A stretch of DNA of 64,000 nucleotides from Malacoraja senta (Eukaryota). Made by a program: the position numbers and the translations under genes. A model generated the notes under the pieces. That model searched no databases. It saw only the letters and a list, made by a program, of their open reading frames with translations, and was not told where the DNA came from. The stretch is from contig JAXLNO010000263.1 of the NCBI GenBank assembly GCA_038087875.1, positions 62,001 through 126,000 of the forward strand, in the 5' to 3' direction. Position 1 is the first letter of the stretch. Each line of letters begins with the position of its first letter. This document shows positions 12,541 to 23,496 of this stretch, one piece after another.

Positions 12541-13319
12541 TGGATAAGGAAATATCTGGTCATGTCCAAACCTATTACAAACTCAAACCCGTTTAAGTTT
12601 GTAAACGGGTGATTTCAGAAGAATGGAAGGAGATTTGATTGTAACTTTGAAGGTTTTGCCAGGGCTTGACAGACTGGTAGGGAGGATATTTCGAAGGTAG
12701 ACACAAAATGCTGGAGTAACTCAGAGGATCAGGCAGCATCTCTGGAGAGAAGGAATGGGTGACGTATTCGGGTCGAGTCCCTTCTTCCGTGGGCAGGATA
12801 TTTCCCTGGGTGGCAAGTATGAAATGAAAGGCACAGTCTCAGGATTCATGGCTAAAGATTGAGGACTGAGAGAGGATGCGCGATTAGATTGAAAGACAGA
12901 AAAGCTCAAAGGGCAAAATTGCCGACCCTTGTTCCACTTTCACTGAACACAGTCTGGCAGAGCATGGGGAATAAACCCTGGGCACATCTTCACTGGTAAT
13001 ATTACAGGGGATGACCCTCTGAAAGCAATAAGCTGCTGTGGTGGAGATGAGTGAGTAAAGTGGAGGTTAGCTGAGCTGCTATATAACACAACAGTCATCC
13101 ATATGGGTGTCAGCGGTTATGGGGAGAAGGCAGGAGAATGGGGTTAGGAGGGAGAGATAGATCAGCCCCGATTGAATGGCGGAGTAGACGATGGGCCGAA
13201 TGGCCTAATTCTACTCCTATCACTTATGACTTATCACTTATGACCATATGACCATATGACCAGAGACATAAGGTGCAATCCTGAACTAAACATTACCGAT
13301 GACCCCTCCCAGCTAAATG

Positions 13320-13610
13320 CCCCTCCCCCATTGGCCCCGCCCCTGCTGGCATCGCCAGATGACCCGCCCCTCCACAAACCCCGCCCACATAGACCCCGCC
13401 TCTACTGGTGGCCCCGCCCCCATATCCAGGCCCCGCCCAATGCCGCACGCCTCCACTGGTGGCCACGCCCCATGTGGGCGTTCTGGCCAATTCATAGCCC
13501 CGCCCCCACATCCAGCCCCGCTCCGGCTACGCCTCTACTGGTGGCCCCGCCTCCTGTGGGCGTTCCCGTCCATTCTCAACCCCGCCCTACATCCAGGCCC
13601 CACCGCCGCC
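13320..13610 (+). promoter_or_regulatory. TRIT1 CpG-rich promoter with a GC-box array
   Basis: Many CCCCGCCC (Sp/KLF-type) boxes, three copies of cgcctc(t/c)actggtggcc(c/a)cgcc, a CCAAT near 13487, and a Kozak-like gccgccATG at 13611. Confidence 0.7.
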
Positions 13611-13748
13611 ATGTCCGCGCTGCCCTCGCTCCGCCGGCCCGGACCGCTGCTAGTGATTCTCGGCGCCACCGGCACTGGGAAGTCGCGGCTGGCGCTGGAG
13701 CTAGGCCGCAGGCTCCGCGGGGAGATCGTCAGCGCCGATAGCATGCAG
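13611..13748 (+). CDS. TRIT1: tRNA dimethylallyl(isopentenyl)transferase, exon 1
   Basis: [25 protein letters not shown]...[10 protein letters not shown] contains the P-loop and MiaA/Mod5 DSMQ motif. CAG|gtaagg donor. Confidence 0.95.
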
Positions 13749-14169
13749 GTAAGGGTAAGGGGTGAGGGATGGCAGGGCGAGTGGGGGTGTGGAGGGAGGG
13801 GAGGGTGAAGGACGAGCGGGTGAGGGATGGCGAGGCGAGTTATGGCGATGAACGTGTGGTGAACGGGGCGAGGGATGGTCAACAGTCCAAGGACACATAT
13901 CTGGTACATTCGGGAGGTGATAACCCACTGAATGACGAGAAGGGCCAATGGGACAAAGAATGAACGGGACAAGGGGTGAGGGATTAGATGGAGCGCAGGA
14001 CTAGTTGGACGAAGAGACCAATCGGATGAGGAATGGTGCTGATGATAAACTCAGTGCATTGCTGGAGTCTGTGACTTGTGGTCTGGCCGGTCGTCGAGGC
14101 AGAAATCATCCAGACTCAGCAGTCAAGAGTGTTTTATTGTCATATGTCCCAGATAGGACAATGAAATTC

Positions 14170-16560
14170 TTACAAATATGCCAGGAGATTACAGACAGCT
14201 GCAGGTCAAATAAGGTAGTTGTAGTAGGGGATTTTAACTTTCCCAATATTGACCGGGAAAATCGTGGTGTCAAGGGTTCAAATATGGTGCAATTCCTCAA
14301 ATGTGTTCAGGAGGGTTTTCTCAAGCAGTATGTAGAGGCCCCCCACACGTGAGAGGGCAACACTGGTTCTGGTATTGGGAAATTGGGATGGGCAAGTTAA
14401 TGAAGTGTTTGTGGAGGAGCCATTTGGGATAAGTGGCAACAGTTCAATTAGGTTTAAGATATTTATGGATAGGGACAGAGAGGACCCACATGTTGAAATG
14501 CTCAACTGGGGTAAGGCCAACTTTGAGGGTATGAGAGAAGGTCTCGCTCAAGTTGGCTGGAGCAGGTTATTTGAGGAGAAAGGAACATCAGCCAAGTGGG
14601 ATGTTTTTAAAAGTGTGCTGACAAAAGCTTAGGGTATGTACGTCCCTGTTAGAGTGAAGGGCAAAGCAGGCAAACGTAACAAAGCTTGGCTGGTGAGGGA
14701 AATTAAGGCTTTGGTCAAAAACAAGAAGGATGCATGGGACAGGTATAGGCAGCTAGGATCAAGTGCATCCTTGGAGGAGTTTAAGGAGTACACTGAAAAG
14801 TAACTTGGAAGGGTAAAAAGGGGTCAGGAGATAGCTCTGGTGGGTAGCATTAAGATCAATCCCAAAAAATTTTCTAAACACATAAGGGGGAAAAGGGTAA
14901 CTTGAGAGAGAGTGGGACCTCCCAGGAATCAAAGTGATCACCTCTGTGTGGAGCCATAGAAGATGGTCAAGGTCCTCAATGAGTATTTCTCCTCTGTATT
15001 TACCGAGGAGAGAGACAGTAGAATGGAGGAACTTGGAGCAGTCTATGAAAGTGTCTTGAGAGCAGCCAGTGTTACTGTCGAAGACGTACTGAAGGTACTA
15101 TCGTGTATGAAGGTAGACAAGTCTTCAGGGCCTGATCAGGTATATCCGAGGACATTGTGGGAAACTAGAGAGGAAATTGCGGGAGCCCTGGTTGAAATTT
15201 ACGAGGTTCTTAAATACAGGAGACATGCCGGAAGAATGGAGGGTGGCAAATGTTGTGCCTCTTTTCAAGAAGGGCTGCAGGGAAAATGCTGGGAACTATA
15301 GGCCGGTGAGTTTAGCATCTGTAGTTGGAAAGTTACTAGAAAGTATTCTGAGGGATAGGTTATACAGGCATTTGGATGGACAAGGATAGTCAGCATGACT
15401 TAAGGATAGTCATCATGGTTTTGTACGTGGGAGGTCGTGTCTCACAAATCTGATTGAATTTTTTGAAGACGTGACCAAAAAGGTCGATGGCAGAGTTGTA
15501 GATGTTGTATACATGGATTTCAGTAAGGCATTCGACTAGGTTCTGCATGGCAGGCTGCTCTGGAAGGTTCGATTGAATGGGAACCAAGGAGAGATAGCTG
15601 AATGGATAGCAAATTGGCTTCAAGGATTGAAGCAGAGGGTGATGGTGGAAGGTTGCTTCTCGGACTGGAGGCCTGCGACTCGTGGTATGCCTCAGGGTTT
15701 GGTGCTGGGCCTGTTATTGTTTGTCATCTATATTAATGATTTGGCTGAGAACATACAGGGCAAGATTAGCAAGTTTGCTGATGATACAAAAGTGGGTGGT
15801 TTTGCAGATGGTGAAGATGGTTGTGAAAAATTGCAGCAGGATCTTGATCGATTGGCCAGGTGGGCTGAGGAATAGTTGATGAAATTTAATACAGAGAAAT
15901 GTGAGATGTTGCATTTTGGGATGTCTAACAAGGGCAGGACCTACACAGTGAATGGTAGGCCTCAGGGGAGTGTTGTAGAGCAGAGGGATCTAGGAGTACA
16001 GATGCATGGTTCCTTGAAAGTCGAGTCGCAGGTAGATAATGTGATCAAAAAGGCTTTTGGCACATTGGCCTTCATCAGTCTGAATATTGAGTATGGAAGT
16101 TGGGAGGTCATGTTGCAGTTGTATAAGTCGTTGGAGAGGCCACATTTAGAATATTATGTTCCGTTCTGGGCACCGTGGCACCAGGTTCAGAGAAGATTTA
16201 CGAGGATGTTGCCAGGACTAGAGGGTCTGAGCTATAGGGAGAGGTTGAGTAGGCTGGGTCTCTATTCCTTGGAGCGCAGGAGGATGAGGGGTGAGCTTAT
16301 AGAGGTGTATAAAATCATGAGAGGAATAGATCGGGTAGATGCACAGAGTCTCTTGCCCAGAGTGGGGGAATTGAGGCGAGGTAGTTGAGGCAGGTATTAT
16401 TGCAACGTTTAAGAAACATTTGGGCAGGTACATGGATAGGATACGTTTGGAGGGATATGGACCAAATGCAGGCAGATGGGACTAATGTAACTGGGACATG
16501 TTGGCCGATGTAGGCAAGTTGGGCCAAAGGGTCTGTTTCCACACTATCACTCTATGACAT
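14170..16560 (+). mobile_element. Degenerate CR1 LINE ORF2 (endonuclease-RT-3' tail) in TRIT1 intron 1
   Basis: VVGDFNFPNID, NYRPVSL, PQGLVLGLLLF, KFADDTK and LYSLERRRMRG motifs, with stops and frameshifts. Confidence 0.9.
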
Positions 16561-16868
16561 TGAACTTTGTGAGTGAGCTTTGGATTGGCGTAGTCTGTGG
16601 TCCACTGGACAAGGAATGAGCAGTGGCTAGCATGGACACAGTGGGACAAATGGCCTCCTTTGCTCTTTTTTTTCAACAGTTGCTGTCAGCATTGAAAATG
16701 CTGCCAATTTGAACAGTTCAACATTATGGGCAAAAGATGAGAAGGTTTGGATGCTATTTGTGGTTGGAAGGAGTGGTGAGGTTGGTGAAGCACTGGAAGG
16801 TTGTCAGCTTTGGGAGGGAAGGGGAGCCATGAGATGGAGCTTTGATGCTGGTGATATGTGTGCTGCAG

Positions 16869-17006
16869 GTTTACAAAGGTCTGGACATCATCACGAACAA
16901 GGTGACAACTGAGGAGCAGCGACTCTGCGCTCATCACATGATCAGTTTCCTCGATCCCCTGGTGTCGTACTCTGTGGTGGATTTCAGGAATAATGCACTG
17001 CCCATA
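16869..17006 (+). CDS. TRIT1: TRIT1 exon 2
   Basis: ctgcag|GTT acceptor. Encodes [12 protein letters not shown]...[10 protein letters not shown]...DFRNNALPI. Followed by a U12-type donor ATATCCTT. Confidence 0.93.
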
Positions 17007-17292
17007 ATATCCTTCGACCTGTGCCGGCTTAGAGTTGTGAGATTATTTGTGTGGGGAATAGCATGCTGGGATCTCAGTTGGCATGCTGTGGGGGAGATTA
17101 GGCAATGGAGGGGGTGTGGAGAGGTATGGGTAGGTGTCTTCTCAGAAAGCCAATGTCCATTCAAATATGGTCTTGCTGTGGGTTTGACAAGAGTAGATTT
17201 GGCCGAGCTTATTTGGGTCATATAACTTCTAATATTTACATTGATTCCATTCATCAAACTGAAATAGTATTAACTCTCCATTAACTATCCAC
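17007..17292 (+). other. U12-type (minor spliceosome) AT-AC intron, 286 bp
   Basis: 5' ATATCCTTC, branch-like TCCATTAAC (17277-17285), 3' end CCAC. Removal gives the in-frame NALPI|IEDII junction. Confidence 0.9.
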
Positions 17293-17391
17293 ATTGAAGA
17301 TATCATTGACCGAGAAAAGATTCCGATTATTGTTGGAGGAACTAATTACTACATTGAATCGCTGCTGTGGAAAGTGCTGGTGGACACAAAG
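17293..17391 (+). CDS. TRIT1: TRIT1 exon 3
   Basis: Encodes [33 protein letters not shown] (conserved VGGTNYY). AAG|gtatga donor. Confidence 0.93.
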
Positions 17392-18085
17392 GTATGATGA
17401 AATAGAGGTACAAAGGGGGATATAGCTTTCGGTTTATAATTGTCATGCACACTGACATACAGTGCAAAGCTTTGCTCTGCATGCTATCCAATCAAATAAT
17501 GCTATACATAAATATTAATTGAAATTGAAGTACAAAAGATAGAGCAAAGGGAAAGATACTGAATGTGCTATATAGTTGTCGGCATTGTAGCCCCTCAGGT
17601 ATAGGTAAATGTCAATGTAAAATCAAGCCAGGCCATTTGTGGGGGGGAAAAGCAAGTAGAATTAGTTGAGTCAAAGCAGCACGGCAGCACAGCACTTACA
17701 GTGACAGAGACCCGGGTTCGATCCCGACTACGGGAGCTGTCTGTACGGAGTTTGTACGTTCTCCCCGTGACGATGTGGGTTTTTTCCGAGATCTTAGGTT
17801 TCCTCCCACACTCCAAAGACGTCCAGGTATGTAGGTCCTCCTACGTGTCCTCCTTTGTACACACAGTGGGAGGCAATGTGAGTGAAGCCAGAGGTGATTT
17901 ATGGAAGTGACTGAACCCATGGAAGTGACTGAACCCATGAAAGTTCTAAAACTTGACAATTCCTGGAATTATGACTCTTGATTGATGCTCTCTCTTTGTG
18001 ACCCTCTCACTGGCACCGTACTGTAGTTTAACCTCTGACATTTACCCACTGGTCGGTTTAATTTGTACTTCTGTCTGTACTGCAG

Positions 18086-18258
18086 GACGGGACTGTTTGC
18101 TCTGCCCGAGATGCAGCAGTTGTGACTCAAACACCAGTGATCGACAGGAAAGAAGAACTGGAAAAACTGGACTACCTAGAGCTGTACACACGACTGGTTG
18201 GAGTTGATCCTGAAATGGCAGAAAAATTACACCCGCATGACAAACGAAAAGTGGCAAG
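18086..18258 (+). CDS. TRIT1: TRIT1 exon 4
   Basis: tgcag|GAC acceptor. Encodes ...[10 protein letters not shown]...[21 protein letters not shown]|gttggc donor. Confidence 0.9.
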
Positions 18259-19179
18259 GTTGGCTTAAAATGAGTGGTTATTTCCCAAATACCACTTACT
18301 CATCAGATGGAATTTACCAACCAACACGTAATTTGACCTAGTACACTTCTTATTTTCCTGCTTTCATTGAACTGCAAGATATGTCCGTGGATTGGAGCTG
18401 AAATGGAAGGCATAAAATATAATACCAGATATCAGGAATGCCTCCAGTTAGAGAGTTACATTTGAGCTCTGCTCCAGGAACTTGGGGACGCAATCCTGGT
18501 AGCCACTTCAGTGGAGTATTCAGGAGGATACCCAATAGATGTGCCATCATTTGAATGCAATATTATGTTGGGTAGATATAAAAGAGCTGAGGAGTTGCCA
18601 CTGTGACCAGATCAGTACTAAACTAGTTGCTTTGTTATTAGTGGGACCTTTATTTACAACCAGGATGAAAATTATGTATTTTCATGTAATCTGTGTTGCA
18701 ATGTACTGAGGTCACGAATTATGTTAATTTAATGCCCATCTTGGCACAATTAAATTTAGGAAACTGTTTATTAGGCAGCATGTGGGCAATATTCTTTGAT
18801 CAGTGGACCAACCTTTGAGAATTGTTGGCTCTTTCAAATTGGAATTAAGGTGTTCTCGGAATAGTGCATATTCACGGCTTCTTGCTCTGCACTCTGGATC
18901 TTCCAGTCTAAAATTAAATGAAGTATCATTGATTATAGAAAAATCAGTAAAGGTATATCCCTGGTAGGTAATAAGTGAACAAGCTGTTGTTGGAAATGTG
19001 GGCTGAAGGTCAGGAGATGACAGCTGATCCTTGTGGCTCCTCAAATTGTGGCTCCTCAAATGTTATGGCCAATCACCTTGAAGATGGACTGGATGGAGGA
19101 GGTGATGTCCATAATGGACTGGGCTGTGTTCACCACTCTCATTGGGTTCAGACGGTCAAGAGCAGAGAAGTTGATGTAC

Positions 19180-19850
19180 CAGAGTGAGATGCATCCCATC
19201 AGAATACTTTCTATAGTGTATTTAGAAATTTGAGAGAATCCTCGTGGATTTGCCGAATCTGCTCAGACACCTAAGAAAGTGAATACACTGATGTGTTGTC
19301 TTGATCACTACGTCAGTGTGAAGGGATTAGGTTAGGTTGCTGGATGCCTTGAAGGAACTTGAAGCTGTTGGCCACTCTGCAACAGCTCTTTTGTCGAATG
19401 TTGGGTTGTGTTCACCAAACCCCACCCCAACTCTTTTATCTTGCTGGCATTCAGGGCTAGGTTGTTGTCCTCTCACCGTAACAAAGTGTCCAATCTCTTT
19501 CCTATACTCCATCTCACGATTGTTATTGATCTGGCCGACAAAATGTCGTACCATTGGTGAATTCAAAGATCGAGTTGACCATGAGGCATGCGTGTAAAGA
19601 GAGGCGAGCAGGGGACTGAGCGCACAACCCTGAGGAGTGCCAGTGATGAGGGTCAAGATGGAGGAAATGTTACGGTCAATTCTAATTGACACGTCTGCCA
19701 GTCATGAAGTTACAAAACCAACTGCAGATAGAGGCACCAAGGACCAGTAGTTTAGAGATGAGCTTATTCAGTATTATGTGTTGAAGGCTAAGCTGTAGTC
19801 AGTGAATAGCATCCTGACATTGGTGTTCTTGAAGTGATCCAGAGCTGAAT
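19180..19850 (-). mobile_element. Degenerate Rex1/L2-type LINE RT fragment
   Basis: TGTPQGCALSPLLASLYTH RT motif on the minus strand, disrupted. Confidence 0.65.
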
Positions 19851-20346
19851 GTTGTGTAAGGGAGATGGTGTCCTCTGTGGACCTATTTTCCTTATATATT
19901 TCCTGTATATGCTCACGATATCCAGTGAACACAAAGTCGGTGAACGCTATTTGGCTTGTGAAGCCCAGTTATCAGTCTGGCATTTGAAAACTGACGGAAG
20001 TGCTGAATTTGTTGTGGAGAATCTGGAATTTGGTCCCTTAGACTGTGCTGGTGTAAAACCTCTGATGTGCCCTTTTACCCCAATCAACATATCTATCTGT
20101 TTCATTTGATTTGTGCTTGTCAAATGGTGTACGCCTGGGGGTGGTGGAGAGATCCACACTTTAATCGCGTAAGTAATGGGATTTTTCTCGAATTGTGCAT
20201 TGTACTTCAGTAACGCATAGCTTCGGATTTCATTGCTGCAAAGCTATTTTAACAGAGGTGCCTCCGGGTCTGTGGACAGACAGATTGCACATTTGTCATT
20301 GTGGTCGGACTGTCTGCCCCTCGGTAACCCTGGCTTTCTCCGACAG

Positions 20347-20489
20347 GAGTCTGCAGGTTTATGAGGAGACGGGAATTCCCCACAGCAAGCATCTGCAGCA
20401 GCAGCAGGAAGAAGAGGGGGGAGGACCCCTTGGTGGGGCGCTGCGCTTTCCACGGTCCTGTATTTTGTGGCTGCACGCTGACCTTGAAG
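20347..20489 (+). CDS. TRIT1: TRIT1 exon 5
   Basis: gacag|G acceptor. Encodes [13 protein letters not shown]...[28 protein letters not shown]|gtaaga donor. Confidence 0.95.
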
Positions 20490-21119
20490 GTAAGAGGAAG
20501 TGGGAATAAGTAAATCTGTTTGATATCAGTAATAAGAATCATAAGATTGGTATCACCTGCCAATCTCTCGAGAATTAAAGATCAGGAATCGCCCTTCTCC
20601 ATCATTTTTAATAGTGGTAGGCTTAAGTTGTGGAAGTGAGCATATTTAAATCAATTTAAAACTAGATTTTAAATCAAATAATTAATTTACTTGTTCGTAG
20701 GCTTGCAATTACCGTCCATTGCTAATTGCAGTTAAGATGTTTCATGGGTTTGGAGTTGCACAGATGGTAACAATGGTAGATTTCATTGCCTGAAGGTTGT
20801 TGTTGATTCTTGGTAAACCTGAAAAGCTTTCATGACCATATAGAGGTTTCATGATCACCATTATTGATACCAGTCTCTCAAGTCCCTTCCAAATCTTTCC
20901 CCTCTCACTTTAAACCTATGCCTTCTAGTTTTTGACTCTCCTATCCCGGGGAAATAGCTGTGGCTGTTCACCTTTTCTATGCCCCTCGTGATTTTATAAA
21001 CCTTTATAACGTCACCCCTCGGTATCCAGTGCTCCATGGTAAAAATATCCAGCCTATCCCGCCTCTGTTGCTCAAAAGTGCTAAACACCCAGTATAACTT
21101 TCCCAATGCTATAGGGCCA

Positions 21120-21800
21120 CGGCTTAGATGGAGTGGAATTAGTCAAATGTGTTCAAGAATGTTTTTTCAGGCAATATATAGAGGGCCCTACAAGGGAGTG
21201 GGCAAATCTTAACCTACTCTTCGAGAATTAGGTGGGGCAAGTGACTGAAGTATTGGTGGGCGAGCCTTTTGGGATCAGCGACTACAGTTCTATTACCTTT
21301 AAAATAGTTATGGATATAAACGGGTCTTACCCACAAGTTAAAGTTCTGAATTGGGGCAAGGCCAACTTTAATGGTATTAGACTGGAACTTGCACAATTGG
21401 AGTATTTTGTTTGCGGGAAAAGGACAAAAAGTGGGATGCTTTTAAAAGTATGATAGTGAGAATTCATAGTATGCATGTCCCTATCAGAGTGAAGGGCTAG
21501 GTAGGTAGGTGTAAGGAACCCTGGATGATGAGAAATTTAGGCTCTGGTGAGAAAAAAAGGCATGTGTCAGGCATAGGCAGATGCGTTCAAGTGTATCCCT
21601 GGAGTCAGAGGATATGGAACATACTTAAGAAATAAATCAGGAAGGCATGAAATATCTATGGCAGATAAATTAAGGAGAATCAAAAGAGATTTTATAAGTA
21701 TATTAGAGCAAAAAGGATAACTAAAGAGAGAATAAGGTACCTCAGAAACCAAAGTGGTCATCTATGTGTGGAGATGGCCAGTCCTCAATGTGTTTTTCGC
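21120..21800 (+). mobile_element. Degenerate CR1 ORF2 fragment
   Basis: GEPFGISDYSSITF..VLNWGKANFNGIR, similar to the CR1 at 14170-16560. Confidence 0.7.
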
Positions 21801-22199
21801 TGCAATGAAAACCCTGAACATTATAGACCAGTATGCTTGATATCCATGGTAGGAAGTTATTGGGAAGGTTCCTTAGGCAAAAGATATATTACACCTCATT
21901 CCTCAGATCAGTGATGAGCAGGGAAGGAAGCAGATGAGCGTTGGAAGGTGAAATTGAGCGTAAACTTGTTCTTAGTATAAGGAGTACGTGGAGTTAGGAA
22001 GAAACGGGAGTGTTTGAAATCAGATTTCTTGATGTCGTAGAGTTTGATGTGATGTTGATGTATTTACCTAGATCCGAAGATGGCTGTGACTAACATGAGC
22101 CGAGAAATGAACCATTTTATATATCAATCAATAACATTGCAAGATTAACTTCATTTAAAGTGTTGGTAAACTTATAACTCTTAAATGTCTCTTCTCTAG

Positions 22200-22311
22200 T
22201 CCTCGATGAGCGCTTGGATCGGCGTGTTGACGACATGCTTTCCACTGGTCTTCTGGAAGAGCTGACTAGTTTTCACAACCAGTACAACCAACAGAAAGTA
22301 GCCAAGAACAG
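22200..22311 (+). CDS. TRIT1: TRIT1 exon 6
   Basis: ctctag|TC acceptor. Encodes [39 protein letters not shown]|gtcaga donor. Confidence 0.93.
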
Positions 22312-22732
22312 GTCAGATGTAGTCCCATTAAGGATATAATCAATTCAAAAAATGTATCCTTTCAGGACATCACACCCAGTTTTTGGAGTTATAGAGAATC
22401 GTACAGCATAGAAACAGCCCATCATGTTCATGCCCACCATCAAATACCTCTATATGCTAATCATGTTTAACAACAATGCCTTTGATGCATTGGAAATGTA
22501 AGTCCTTTTATATAAAACATAGAAAGTACAGCAGAGGAACAGGCCCTTCTGCCCACAATGTCTGTGCCGAACATATAATGCCAAAATAAACTAACATCTG
22601 CCTACACATGATTAAGGCGCCTCCATTCCCTGCTTATCCACGTGCCTATCTAAAAACCTGTTAAACGGCACTAACACATCTGCTTCCCCCACCACCCTGC
22701 AATGCACTCCAGGCAGCCATCACCTGTAAATA

Positions 22733-23463
22733 TCTATCTTTCTTATAACTATTAAAACTGTGTGGGTGTGTGTGTGTGTTTGCGGGTGTCAGATTTGGCC
22801 TTTGATTCCTTGGTCCGCCAAAACCACACGCGAAAACTCCGAGATTTTTTCCATTTCGCTAGACATTACACTTTTACATACCCTAATACACTCCTCATTA
22901 GATTTAGACATTTTTATGTACACATTTTTAATAAAATCCTTCCCCCCCCCCCCCAACCACTAATTTTGTCGCCTCCTGCTGGCCAGCCACCATAACGGCT
23001 GCTGCCACCCGGCTCTGCTCCAAAAGCGCCGACATTTTTCATCTTTCGCTGGCGATTTTCGCTGCTGCCGCCCTCCTCTCCTCCACTACCACCCCCCGGG
23101 GCCGGCTCTCTCACGCTGGCTCAAGCCAAACATCGGCTCTTCCCCCGCTGTCTGAGGACGCCGAAAAGCAGCGGCGGAACAACCCATCTTTGCCCTCAGC
23201 CAGCGTGACAGAGCCGGCGCGTCAACGGCATGTCGGCCCGCAGCCCCATTGAGGGCCTACGCAGCGTCTTGACGGTCGTACGTAGCGTCTCGACGTCGTA
23301 CACAGCGTCTTGACGGCGTACGCTGCCTACGCCTTCAACACGCTGTGTACGACGTCGAGACGCTGCGTACGGCCGTCCAGACGCTGAAGCACGTTTGGAA
23401 ACCAGACCCCGGGGTCTGAAGCACGTTCGGGGACCAGATCCAACGGGTCTGCACTTGGTCTAG
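22733..23463 (+). mobile_element. Non-autonomous Helitron (copy H1)
   Basis: A|TC 5' end (tctatc...attaaaactg), subterminal hairpin cagatccaacgggtctg, then cacttggtCTAG|T. Confidence 0.75.
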
Positions 23464-23496
23464 TATATATATATAATTGCCCCGTGCGTGTCTTTT

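Noticed and set aside
16842..17225. ORF reading through TRIT1 exon 2 into downstream sequence
   Set aside because: Homology stops at NALPI, where the AT-AC intron begins; the extension is intronic.
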